Shown here: positions 11,311-23,660 of the stretch, in pieces
Numbering within the stretch: the stretch's first letter is position 1
Layout of the letters: every line of letters starts with the position of its first letter
Assembly: GCA_030704615.1 (NCBI GenBank)
Contig: CM060732.1
Coordinates: forward strand, 43,400,001-43,464,000
Direction: 5' to 3'
From: Takakia lepidozioides
Lineage: Eukaryota; Plantae; Bryophyta
Length of the DNA: 64,000 nucleotides
Notes under the pieces: model-generated
Told to the model about the DNA's origin: nothing
Databases searched by the model: none
What the model saw: the letters and a program-made list of their open reading frames with translations, nothing else
Translations under genes and position numbers: made by a program

Positions 11311-14300
11311 CCCTCCTTAAATTGAAATAGATAAGCCTTGATGGCACCCCTATCCCACTCTAGTTTAAGAAGATAGGCTCCATCCCTCTTCCTTCCTTCC
11401 CTTTCCTGTTTGTATAAAGAAGTAGAGTATACCTCGATTTCCTCGGTTTCCTCTGCTGGTCCCACTGGATACTTGCTTAGCGCATCTACGTTAGCATGCC
11501 TAGCACCTGCCCTATGAACAATTTTAAACTCAAAATCTTGTAACATCATGATCCATCTACCCCTGCGTCCATATGCGTCACTTACCGTTGCCAACCACTC
11601 CAGTGGTTTGTGATCAGTCCTGATTACAAAAGGGGTTCCATATAGGTACTGCCGAAAGTGTAATACTCCCCACACCAGGGCATAGCATTCACCTTCCATA
11701 GGGTGATATTTGCGCTGAGCATCATATAGTACCTTACTGGTGTATGCAATGACCCTCTCCTTTTTATACTCCTTTTGTGACAAGACTGCCCCTACTCCTT
11801 TGATGGACCAGTCAACATCCAAGACAAACGGTCTTGAGAAATCTGGTCTTGCTTGGATGGGAGCAGTTACCAACTTCACCTGTAAGGCAGAAAAGGCATT
11901 TTGTGCCTCTGCACTCCATATAAACTTCACATCCTTCTTGGTTAGAGTGAACAAGGGTACTGCTACTCCAGCATATCCTTTGACATAGGGCCTATAGTAC
12001 CCTGTCATGCCTAAGTAGCTTTTGAGAGCAGTGTGGTTTTTAGGCAAGGGAAACCTTTCAATAGCAGCTATCTTATCTGGATCAGGCCACGTTCCCTCTT
12101 CAGAAACCACATGCCCAAGGAATACCAACTGTAAGTTGGCAAAGTAACATTTGTCTGGATTGAGCCTAAGATTGGCCTTTCTAACCTTTCTCAGTACTCT
12201 CTTTATATGTCCCACATGATCTCCCCAGTCCTTGCTATGGATATTGACGTCATCTACAAAAACTTTAGCGCAATCCTTGATTTCTTCTTTGAGTACCCTT
12301 ATTCATTATTCTCTGAAAGGTAGCAGTGGCATTTTTTAGCCCGAATGGCATGACTAGCCATTCATACAATCCCTTCTTTGTAATCACTGCTGTTTTGCTT
12401 ATGTCTCGGTCGTCCATTTTGATCTGCCAAAAACCAGATTGTAAATCCAGCGCAGAAAACCACTTGGCTTTCCCCAACTGGTTTAAAACATCCTGAATTA
12501 ATGGCATAGGGTAAGAGTCCCTTCTGGTTAAACGGTTTACTGGCCTAAAATCACCACAAAACCGCTTGGATCCATCCTTTTTTGGTGGAAGGGTAACTGG
12601 ACACGACCATTCTGAACTACTCTCTCTCATCTTGCCTTGTGAGATCAAAGTCTCAATTTGTCCTTGGACCTCGTTTTCCTCCCACTCTGATAGGCGGTTG
12701 GGACGACTTCTGCAAGGGGGAAAGCCTTGAGTATCAATTGTATGTTCCACCTCACTGCAATAACCTAAGTCAGCCTTGCTAAGAGCAAAACATTCTTGAT
12801 TTGCTTTTAGCTCTTGCTCCAGCTCTTTCCTTTGTTCAGGAGCGAGCTCTGGGTTGATGTGTAGTCTGGATTTCAGACTTCTCCAACGACTCTCCATTTC
12901 TTCCTCTTGACTGGGTTCTAAACTCATTCCCTCCACCTGGCCTACAGAGTTAGCTGCTCTCTGTCTTTCCTCCTGTGTTACAACCTGATTCCAATCATGG
13001 AAATCATCCTCTATTTCTACGTTGTTGTTTCCTAGTTCTCCATCCCAAGCCTTCTGGTGAGCTTCCTGAATTATAGCGGCAGCAATGCTGCGTTGGGTCT
13101 CTTCCTGAAGGAGTTCAGACATCCCTTGGTCTTCGAACAGGTCCTCCCCTAGGCTGACATCATCTATTATCTCCTCAACATCTTTCAGTACTGTATCTAC
13201 CTCCTCACTCTCTTCAGAACCTCCCATCTCCTCATCCTTATCAGATTTAGAGGTGTCAGAACCTGAGGATCCTTCCTCCGTGTCCTCATACTCTTCCTCT
13301 GGCTTTTTTTTTTTTTCCCACAAGCCTAGGTACTGCTCATCTGACGTCAGGGTTAAGACATTACCTGCTGACGTACTGCCTGCATACCGCACTCTGCTCT
13401 CGACCCCTCTATGGCAGGCCATTTTGGTAACTGCAGGCTCATTATAATTTATGGTGTGCAAAGGGAAGTGAGCAAAATCCTTTCCTGGCCCATAGCGCAC
13501 ACGAATTGTTTCAGCTTCGGTGTCAACTACAGCGCCAAACTTTTTGAGAAAGTCTAATCCCAGCAGCATGTGATATGTATCCGTGTTCACCACCATAAAG
13601 GACAAACGATTGGTCAGCTCTCCTACTTTGACCTTGATGTCCTCAAGTCTGCCCATTGCAGTCTCAAGAGCACCAGAGGCTACTCTGTAATTTACATCCT
13701 TACTAGTAATGACAGATCCCATCAGACCAAGATCCCTTACAGTACTCGCGGATATTACTGAGAGCATGGCACCTGTGTCAATCTGGCCTAATACTTGGTA
13801 ATCTCCCATTGTAATCATCACATGAAGTGCCTTTACTTTACCAGTATAAGCATATGAGATTGCGGGTTCAGCGTGTGCTGAGTACAAAGGTTTTGGTACA
13901 TCCCTCACAACTTCTACACTGTGAGTTGTCTCCCTTTGTTGTACCATTGCCCTTTCCACCACTTTGACCAGCCCTTTCAATTTGTCTAGCTCTCCGGGCA
14001 CAGTCATGATCAGATCCATGGGAGACAACGAGATTCTCCCTTTGTAGAAGTGGTTCAAGATTCTGGATTTCGTACCTCCTTCTATGGCAGTCTTGAAATT
14101 GTTCTTTGGGTAGATTTCACTCTTGGTCCTGCTTGGCTGTTCACTGCTCTCACTATTCCTTTCTGGTGACCCTGTAGGTTCAACAATCGGACTCTGGACA
14201 GGGATACGTGTCCTTGGAAGTCTGACTTCATTGATACTATTTTGTGACATCAGATTTGTCATTTCTGCGAGTACATCATCCTCATCATCATAGAACACAT

Positions 14301-15209
14301 CTACAAAGTTAGCTCCCGGAGTTCCCATCATAGTCTGGTCGAGTTTTCTACTGCACTCACTCTCTGTATGCCCGAGTAGCTTGCAAAAGTTGCATCTCAC
14401 ACCACACATTTCCGTGGAATGCCCGAACCGGTGACATTTGTCACACTAAGCTGGGGTTCTTCCTTCAGGACAATATGCAGCTATGTGACCTTCTTTGTGA
14501 CAAACATTACAAAGGCGAACACGAGGTGGTGTTCTAGATCCCGAGCTTTCTCCTATGACTGGTCCCCTATCAAAGTACTTTTGTAGGGTAGTGTTCAGCT
14601 GATCAAGTCTTCTGTCCACAGGGTTGACAAACACAACTGACTCATCTGTATCATCTCCTTCCAATGGCTCTAGAGGTATTTCCCCTAACTTTCCCAGGCC
14701 CCTTTCAATCTCAATGGCTGTGTCAAGTGCTTCTCTACATCAAGGAAGCGCCTGCCCAGCATTACTCTTGCTATTTCTGGTCTCAAACCTGCTGCAAATC
14801 TACGCCTCTGTTCCAAATCAGACGCCCCACTTCTTATAAATAACCGGTTCAACCTATCGAAGTATGTTTGAACCCTTTGTCTACTCTCCTGTTTGATGGT
14901 ATCCATTCTTAGCCTGATTTCTGCCAAGTCAATGATACCAAACTTGGCTGAAATGGCTGCCCTGAAATCTTCCCAGTTGTCTGGCCTAGGGTTTTGTTTA
15001 CGGTACCATTCATCAGCCTTGGCTCTCAGGTTGAGCCTTGCTACTTTGAAAGTTTTGTCCTCATTTAAATCCCTGACATCTGCCTCCATCTGAATTCTTT
15101 CCAGCCAGTCATTCACATCCTCACTATTCCTCCCATGATAAGGCACATCTATGCTAGTTGGACTGGTCATTTTTCTATACTCTAGTCGAAGTTCAAACTG
15201 TTTCAACAC
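11311..15209 (-). pseudogene. gag-pol (Gag, zinc knuckles, aspartic protease, RT, RNase H) with frameshifts and a stop codon
   Basis: ORFs 14685-15209, 14446-14664, 12265-14409 and 11265-12215. Confidence 0.9.
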
Positions 15210-15241
15210 CTAACTCTGACTCTAATTTTCCTGCAACTCCC

Positions 15242-15565
15242 TTAATGCTGACCTCTATACCACTCCCACTGTCCATTTCGCAACATCTCTACTCTACCTC
15301 CCCATGTCACCTCTCGTGCCATGGTATTTATCTTCTCCCACCTTCCTAACTCTCTTATCCAAAGTGCTATGGTTGTTCTTCCACCAGTATGTATCACTCT
15401 AAGACATAAATCACCATTAGCTATTCTCCAAGCAGGGTTGAAGAAGTACAAACAAGGGTCTGCGTGGGCATTTGGTGTGCGTCTGCTGAAGCAAATCAGC
15501 ACATCTCCAATGCTTGGCTCATCAGGAATCAGTGTGTGGTCTCTGCCTGCCATCAAGCCATACAA
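15242..15565 (-). CDS. Small extra ORF (ORF0) between PBS and gag
   Basis: 107-aa ATG-initiated ORF, identical in copy 2 (28045-28368). Confidence 0.4.
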   Translation of the reverse strand: MYGLMAGRDHTLIPDEPSIGDVLICFSRRTPNAHADPCLYFFNPAWRIANGDLCLRVIHTGGRTTIALWIRELGRWEKINTMAREVTWGGRVEMLRNGQWEWYRGQH

Positions 15566-15609
15566 TACCAGTCAAGATCCCTAGCTAGTAGAAATCAAGA
15601 TTTAACGAA

Positions 15610-15621
15610 GCTTTGATACCA
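15610..15621 (-). promoter_or_regulatory. Primer-binding site (initiator tRNA-Met)
   Basis: TGGTATCAAAGC, one mismatch to TGGTATCAGAGC. Confidence 0.85.
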
Positions 15622-17763
15622 AAAGAAGGGGCGTGAATCCCCTTGTGTATAATTCTAATTGTGCTTCCCTCCATTCTAAGCGGAGCAAAAGAAAGAAACG
15701 TTCTTCTAATCTGTCCAACTGTCGTCACTTGGCTGTGGGCTTCCCTCAGCTCCTTCGTGATCAGAGTTCAAGCAATCCTCATCCACGCCGCAGCGGAAGA
15801 GAAGACATGGATGGGGAGTCAAATTGTTGTTCACTCTTGGTTCTACCTTTTACACAACATCCTCTACCTGCAGGTACAGCACCAACTATGCTGCCACGAT
15901 GTATTCAGTGATGCAATCAGCCCTATGTCAGTGATAAACATTGCCCTTGTGGGCAGTTCCCTTGGTTTGCAACACGTCGGAAGCCCCTTTTTGTAATGAG
16001 ATCACGGTCTAGGTGGGTGGGCAGCTCAGATCTGCCATGAACTGCAGGCCCACTAGTTTGATCATTCAGGGTTCATGTCTTCTTGACCTTGCCTCTCCAT
16101 TTGTCCATCCCTCATCAACCCTTTCTCCCTTTTCACTTTTTCTTTCTCTCACACTCCTTTTCCTTCGTGTGTGGATTCCTCACTTTTTCCACAACAGCAT
16201 GGCTATGATGCAATGCAATGCACATCCAGCCAGGCATCCAGTGCATCCATCATTGAAGTCAACCTTGGTTACACAAGACATGATCTGCCCCTCTGTCAGT
16301 CTTTCTCTCTTTCTCTCTCTCCAGTGACTGATCCTTGCACTATCTTTCCCCAAGTGGATCCTATTTGGCCAAGGTGCTTCACAACCCTTCTACAGATCTC
16401 AATTCACACACCCTGATAGCTCTCTTTTTCTCCTCAACTGCAAACATCAGTCATTCACATGTTGAGAACACTTCTAGAAATCAGATCCAAACCCCAAAAC
16501 AGTATTGACTTTTTTTCCCCATCCACGTCATCCCTCTCAGTTCTTCAAATCTGTTTCTGACTGACCATCCCTGTTTTCCTCTATCCACCAAGCTAGTTCT
16601 ACACTGGCTCCACTGTTTTAACATCCAGGGCTGCCTTGTTTTGCTGGCTGAAGACACTGAAAATAAAGAAAAGGAACACAACAACAACAACCATTCTGAC
16701 CCTGAGGTGAGATATCCTTGTCCCCTCTCATTTTCCTAATGACAGTGTAACAACAGGTGCATCCATCTCCACCCTATCCTGGTTTGAATTCCAGTGTCTT
16801 CATTCCATTTTCAAAGGCCTTTTCTACTCCTCACATTTCTGTCCCCTTCAGCAGATACAAGAGATAGTTCCAAAAACTTCACAAAGTCATTCCTAAGTGC
16901 CCAAAAAGAGAAGCCAACACTCTTAGAACTCATCTGTCTTATACTCGTGTGAAGCGGTGGTTCTGCCTGCCAAGCTGGCACCTCACCATCGTTGTCATCA
17001 GCCATATTCAACGCTTTTTCTCATCTTGATTCCAGTTCTCATCATGTCATGACGGCTTGCTTCATCAGCTGGCAACATCCTTGTGCTTGCCAACCTCTAC
17101 CCTATCCTTCTACATGTGTACTTCTGCCCTAAGGATTGATGTGCTCCTACAGCTCTAAGACAGAAGGCAACTACAAGTCTTAATTACAGATAACCTGAGT
17201 CGCATCCACACCAGCCTGCACTTCTCATTCCCCAACAGCTGTTGCTGCGCTCCATCTCCTCATAACTGTACTCTTCAAGACAATGGCGGCAGCGGTAGTG
17301 CACCGCTCTTAGCACCTGCTCAGCTTTCAAAATTGATTATTACCACGCAGAAAGAGGCACCGCTTCTCTTTGCACAAAATGCCAAGCAGATCCCTTAACG
17401 TCGCGCTTTAAGGCAAGCTGATTCACATGGCGCAGGTGTAAGTTTCCAAGCCAGCGTGCCTGACAACACTACGGCAGCAGCTGTGAAGAGTTGCCCGTCG
17501 TCTTCCTCCTCGTTTTCCTCAGCTCGAGTTTCTAGGTTAAACATATGCGACGAAAATCATTCATTCCAAGGATGAAAAATGCGCATGTTATGACTTAGCC
17601 ATATTTTGTCCTGGCAGAGCAAGAGCATAGTGTTCCCATGGAATTACCTGTAGGCCTGGGTAATTCCCTCCCGACATTAGTACCAGGCACTCCCTTTTTC
17701 GCCAATGCCGTAATTTGATGCCCAACAAAATTTTCAATGTTACTCCCCTGCATTCACACTACA
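15622..17763 (-). repeat. LTR (~2.14 kb)
   Basis: Near-identical inverted copy of 25846-27988. Confidence 0.9.
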
Positions 17764-20308
17764 TCATCTTCGCACCCGGGTTCCTCTTCAATCCTCCGCC
17801 TCACAGGGCGAGTACGGACGTCCCCCTCTAGGTGTTCACCTCTGCGGTGCAGAGGCGTCCCTTTGATCTTCTCTCGCAATGTTGTCGCCCATTTCAGTGG
17901 ATTCTTCGACCTCGAAGCTGTTCGCACCAACAATTCCTCCCTGTCCGGCCCAAAGCCCCATTGTTTCCCGCTCAGGAACTTGTAGTACGTGGCTTGCTGC
18001 ATGATTGCTCTGTCGATGTCCTTCGTTGTGGCCGTCACTACGTCCACCAGATGTGCGGCAGAAGACGCTCGCCAGGAGGAGTGCACTGATTCTGCCATAT
18101 TCGTGTTCGGCATGTCCGTGTCGGAATCCAAGCACCGCTCCTACAAGGACACTGACAATGGTGAGGAACCAATGGAAAGGTCCGTAATAGAAAGACAATT
18201 GCACAAAAATGACAGGATCATACCTCCCGCATGTACTGTCCGAACTGTCGATACCGGAAATGCCACCACCCCAACCAGCTGTGCAAGGCTCCCAGATTGG
18301 TTGTCTCCACTGCACCTGACGTGTTCCACCAAGCCTCGATGATAGCAAACTTAACCTCCGCGTCATCAAATGTGGATGCATCCTTCCACGCCGTACAAAT
18401 GACACCCTGGAATGAGCTAGCAACAAATTTGGTAGTGTAGTGGGATAGACTCTGCATCCAATGGAATCCACAGGATCTCTCTTTCCCCTCCATTGGAACA
18501 TTGGGGTCCTCACCGTACACACGCCGCACCGCTGCCCAGTTGGCCTGAGCGTTGTCTGCCATGAATCCCCTGAAATTGGGCTCTGGCAATCCCGCCCTTG
18601 CCATCTGCTCGTTTATGCCCTCCCATAGATGCATCTCCGACTGTGTGTCCTCCCCTTTCATCTCGTAGATTGCAATCGTCATGAGCCTCTTGGAGTGATA
18701 GTCATAAACATACGCACCCATAGTCACCCACTGATGGTTTGTAATTCGCTTGATGTGATCAAACATCACCCAAGCATTCGACAGGTTTCCAGTTGTCATG
18801 CGAGTGACCAAGTCGACTCCACTCCGAGGCCCACACGTCGACATTTTAAAAATGTAACAACGATCGGATTCGCTGCCTTGCCCTGGAAACCTGCTACCTT
18901 GGATGTAGTCATATCCAGTCATTCGTTTCACCTCCAGGATTGAGTGCATGTCCGACCCCCGGCCGAACTCCTGCTTGCAAGATACGATGTGATTCCGCAC
19001 ATTCGGACTACAAACGTGCGAGACGGACTCCAACAGGTCAAGCATCTCCTTTTCGTTCAAGGGCACTCGGTCTGAACCATCTTCAGACATGATTTTTCCA
19101 AGAGCAATCTTGTGGGCTGCCTTCAGCTGAATCTGCTTTGGTCTTGCTCCGGGGCTCAATTTCACCTCCTCTTTTATGATGTCGTGTGCTTCCTGCACAG
19201 CCTCACGCATGTTGCCTCTCGCCAAGGGGTGGCAGTGGACCCCAACGTGTATGCAAGCTCTAGTCAAGTCCGGGAGCAAATGGATTACGTAATATTGCTT
19301 GGCTCTGCACATGGACATGCACATCGGTGGTTCTTTGCAATGTGCGCACTTGAAAGTACCCGCAGGAGCTTGGCTGGAGACAATGAATGGATGATGCGTT
19401 GTGCCAGTCCAATCCGTCTCGTTTCTCCGCCCTCCTTTGGAAAGAAAGTGGAAGCAGGCGGGATTCAGGCACCTCAGCTTCCCCGCACAGAGGACGTATC
19501 GTACACGAACACCATCAGCAATTTTCGTGCTACTGGTCTTCGTCACACACCAGGGGTGTCCGTCATGCTTTCGATCCATGTCTGTTAACATCCCTGAGGC
19601 TTTGTTTGAGGAAGTGACAGGTGGAAACTCAAAGATGACATTGCCATCGACTTCGGGAGGCAGATACGTTACCTTCCTGACCGGAAATTTGGCATAGTCG
19701 AGAGCAGCCAGCTCGGAGCGAGAACCATCGAGGTGATGTTGCCGTAGGAGCTGCACAATGGACCGGGTTGGAGTTATGCTTGAGAGTACTTGCGTAGCAC
19801 CTGCAGAGACGTCCATGTCGGATTTGAACGACCGTGTGGAGGACATGGGGACCTCAATGCACTCATCTTCATCGTCGGAAATGTCGAATACGTCCACACT
19901 AGAAGCTATGGAGGGTCTTGACGGTCCAGGTCGGGAATTATTATCGTTGCATACCTCTCTGTTGGCAGTGGCCGCCTGTCGGTTTCCGGACTCCTTTGTG
20001 GATGGTGTGGGCAGCGACTGATTCGGAAAGGGAATGGGCATTCCCACAGCTCGGTATAGGATGGTGTCTGATGGGGGTACGTGCCATTCGATTCCGCAAC
20101 CTCCGTCGTTACCTAGCATGACAATGGTCTCGTCAACCTGTCCAGGACCATCCTTCATTTCTTCTTCCAAGTAAACTGTGCCCGGTTTGAGCTTGAATTT
20201 AGAACAAAGGTAAGTTTCAGTCACTCTGCAAAGTCCTCCCTTGTTTGGGATCCTGGCTCTCCCAAGTTGCGGAGGACAGCAAACTATAGCGTAGGAATTC
20301 GGAGCCAT
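17764..20308 (-). CDS. Element A transposase: WRKY/GCM-like zinc finger plus Mutator-like DDE domain; one intron (18141-18223); 3' end truncated by the LTR insertion
   Basis: DGHPW..LCAGKLRCLNPAC..CAHC..C..IHVGVHCHP; MFDHIKR (D1); GFMADNAQAN (D2); ERSCGFHW (CxxH); spliced exon PNTNMAESVHSSW (E). Confidence 0.8.
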
Positions 20309-20689
20309 CGAACACCGCACGAAGTTGGCAAGTGCGAGGTTCAGTATAGCGACAGACGAAGGCTCACAGGCACCATGCGGAGTCCATCGACGATTGGAAG
20401 TCGCACATTGAAATGGAAAGTATAGTTTCAAGCTACATGCATGAAGGTGGGAGGTGTGATTCCATAGCTAGTAAGTTAGACAATGATGGCCGAATCGGCG
20501 ACGAAATAACATCTCCTGACAGTTTCTCCTGAGGGTGGATCCAGCAGTATTCTCGGTACGGACAGGAGCGTTCGCACTGACAAGTGTCAGGACTGTTAGT
20601 TAAAACGGTCAGACAACCTAGTTGTGCTCATCAAGACTGGCCGCAATTCTGTTGTTTCGGAACAATGCAACCCATTCAGGTTCAGCATG

Positions 20690-22595
20690 CGGAAATGAGG
20701 TTTCAGATTTCCGTCCGGAGTGATTCTTTCGATTGCTGCTGGACGGAAATACGGAGCCGCATTTCCGTATTGCGTCTTGGTCATGCACCAGAGCGACGGA
20801 AATGCGGCACCGAGTTTCCGTCCGGGCAAAACCTTTACACTCTCCAGAACGGAAATGCGGTAACGATTTCCATCCAGCAAGCACGGTATGTGAAGGTGGA
20901 ACGGAAATGCGGTACCGCATTTCCGTTCTGATTGAGAATCATGAACAAAGGGAAAAGAAATGCGGCACCGCATTTCCGTCCGAGTCGCACTTTCCGACAT
21001 TCCAAAACGGAAATGCGGCACCGCATTTCCGCCCGGGTGAGACCTTCATACTCTCCAGAACGGAAATGCGGTAACGCATTTCCATCCAGCAAGCACGGTA
21101 TGTGAAGGTGGAACGGAAATGCGGTACCGCATTTCCGTTCTGATTGAGAATCATGAACAAAGGGAAATGAAATGTGGCACCGCATTTCCGTCCGAGTCGC
21201 ACTTTCCAACAATCCATAACGGAAATGCGGCGCCGCATTTCCGTCCGAGTCGCACTTTCCAACAATCCATAACGAAAATGCGGCGCCGCATTTCCGTCCG
21301 AGTCGCACTTTCCGACATTCCAGAACGGAAATGCGGCACCGCATTTCCGCCCGGGTGAGACCTTCATACTCTCCAGAATGGAAATGCGGTAACGCATTTC
21401 CATCCAGCAAGCACTGTATGTGAAGGTGGAACGGAAATGCGGTAACGCATTTCCGTTCTGATTGAGAATTATGAACAACGGGAACAGAAATGCGGCACCG
21501 CATTTCCGTCCGAGTGGCACTTTCCGACATTCCAGAACGGAAATGTGGCGCCGCATTTCCGTTTTGTATCTGATGCATGGAGCCGAGTGCAATTCCGATC
21601 GCTTGAGACAGCGCAATTCCGACCGCTTTAGACATTCAGACTATCCAGAACGGAAATGAGGTACCGCATTTCCGTTCTGACTGTAAATCGTGAACCATCG
21701 GAACTGAAATGCGGCAGCGCATTTCCATCCGAGTCGCACCTCCCTCACAAGCTAGAACGGAAATGCGGCACCGCATTTCCGCCCGGGTGAGACCTTCATA
21801 CTCTCCAGAACCGAAATGCGGCACCGCATTTCCGTTCTTATGAAAAATCGTAAAACATCGGAACTGAAATGTGGTACAACATTTCCGTCGGAGTCGCACC
21901 TTCCGACATTCCAAAACGGAAATATGGCGCCGCATTTCCGTTTTGTATGTGAGGCATAGAGCTTTGGAACGAAAATGTGGCACCGCATTTCCGCCAGGGT
22001 CAGACCTTAATACTCTACAGAACGGTAATGCGGTACCGCATTTCCGTTCTGACTGCAAATCGTCAACAGCAGGAACAGAAATGCGATGCCGCATTTCCAT
22101 TTATGTGAGACCTTCAAACTTTCCAAACCGGAAATGCGGCACCGCATTTCCGTTCAGCTAAGACCTCTATACTTTCCCGAACGGAAATGTGGCACGACAT
22201 TTCCGTTCATCAACGAAGGTATGTGAAGGGGGAACGGAAATGCGGTACCGCATTTCCGTTCAGATTGGAAATCATGAACCACGGGAACTGAAATGTTGTG
22301 CCGCATTCCCGTCCGGATCGCACGTTTCGACATTCCAGAACGGAAATGCGGCGCCGCATTTCCCTTTTGTATCTCATACATGCAGCTGTGGGATGGAAAT
22401 GCGGCACCGTATTTCCGTTCAACAACTAAGGTATGTGAAGGTGGAACGGAAATGCGGTGCCGCATTTTCTTCCAACAAGCACGGATGTATAGCTTCGTGA
22501 TGGTACTTAACGGAAATGCGGCGCCGCATTCGCATTTTCACTCCAACTCCAAATTTGCAAACGTGGAGCAACGGAATTGCGGCACATGTCTACAC
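20690..22595. repeat. Array A2: ~35 copies of the palindrome (ACG)GAAATGCGG-NN-CCGCATTTC(CGT) with a 53-bp period
   Basis: Starts at 20745, 20798, 20851, 20903, 20956, 21009 ... 21539 and 21652, 21705, 21759 ... 22448; 27-31-bp spacers of about 5 recurring types. Confidence 0.95.
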
Positions 22596-22781
22596 TCTAT
22601 CTGACTGAAGTGGCATGAGGCGGCGCGGCCTGACCGTTGGATAATGATGTTTGTTTTTCGGACGGCAGGCGTATCCTGAACAATTCGAATTTCGTAATGA
22701 CGCAAAGTCCACGAGGAGACACTTTCCTCCAACCCTTTCGAACCCAAGTGCTGCATCACCGCCGTTTCATCTGCTTTTGTC

Positions 22782-23660
22782 GTGTCTCCTCAGTCACCCA
22801 TCTCGCGCCTTTTCCATCTGCTCTCTTCGCCCCTTTTCCCTGTCTCTTTTCTTCTTATGCTCGAACCTGAGAAGGAGGGAGTGCGTGCACCAGAGAAGAG
22901 ACATCGTCGCAAGCTCCGAAAATTGTACTTCGGACGTAGGCCAATGCCGAAGGGGAGGAAGCAGATGCGTCTACAGGAGGAGATTTCCATCTCGCAACAT
23001 CAGGCCACGCAGGCAACCCAGCCACTAGTGAGAGCTCCGTGCTATCGGGATACGCCAGCTGATCGAGCAACAAAACCCGCCTCATTTTTCTTCTGCAATT
23101 CTTAGACTGTATGCTAGGATACTTGACTGCAGAAGATGTTTGCATGCCTAACCGGAAAGGTGGACATGCTGGAGGGATCGCAGGAATCCAAAGAGCCGCA
23201 GGCAGAGTCTGTGGAGCTAGCTGCAGCACGCACACCCAGCCGATCCACGAGCACGGGTCTTCCTGCCGGTCCTAGCCCTGTGCGTTTCAAGGACGCGGCT
23301 TCGGAGGCCAAGTCTTTGCAGCTCAAAGCCCCAGAGAGCGACTCGCCTTCAAAGGTCATGGAGAATCGCCAACAGGGGTCTAGCCCTTCTCCAGCAAAGA
23401 TGAAGAAGAAGCTCCCCGTCCTTCAACTTGTTTCTGAACCGGACCAGGCCGTTTCCCCCCCACCCAGGCGAATGAAGCAGATTCAATTGCAGCAGACACC
23501 TTCACCTGCAAGAATGAGGAAGCACAAGGCAATCAGGGGGAGGGCGGAGCAGTCTCCCGCAAAACCGATTCCATGAGCTGAAGCCCAGTTCCTGCTTGAT
23601 TTCCAACCTGCTGCAGCGAAGCCAATGGGATCGACCGTCGATCTGGTACCGGAGGAGGGT
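22782..23660 (+). CDS. Displaced 5' exons of the element A ParB-MTase gene (disordered S/P/K-rich N-terminus; premature TGA at 23574)
   Basis: MFACLTGKVDMLEGSQ and SPAKPIP*AEAQFL match element B MFSCLFDMGAGEGSQ and SPVKPLGRLEAEIL, which in B lie directly upstream of the MTase exons. Confidence 0.7.

Larger units (their letters stand above)
11311..17763 (-). mobile_element. Ty3/Gypsy LTR retrotransposon copy 1, 5' part (LTR-PBS-ORF0-gag-PR-RT-RH), lying inside the inverted segment
   Basis: LTR starts TGTAGTG at 17763; PBS TGGTATCAAAGC; CCHC knuckles; protease IDTGA; RT LDLQSGFWQ..MPFGLKNA..FVDD; RNase H DVDWS..TDHKPL. Confidence 0.95.
3313..23660. mobile_element. Element A: large Mutator-like DNA transposon with ParB-MTase cargo, palindrome arrays and a small gene pair; internally inverted and Gypsy-interrupted
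   Basis: Terminal motif at 3313 is shared with element B. Contains the transposase (17764-20308), cargo gene (6915-11310 plus 22782-23660) and an element-specific palindrome throughout. Confidence 0.7.

Noticed and set aside
12290-12305. Programmed frameshift in the copy 1 RT
   Set aside because: Absent from the otherwise identical copy 2, so it is a private indel or sequencing error.
15633-17011. Short ORFs within the LTRs (and mirror copies at 26580-27977)
   Set aside because: No recognisable domains; duplicated only because the LTR is duplicated.
20690-22595. True CRISPR array (also considered for 38720-40280)
   Set aside because: Eukaryotic TE context with no cas genes; spacers in A2 recur as a few types; repeats are degenerate and also occur singly in introns.
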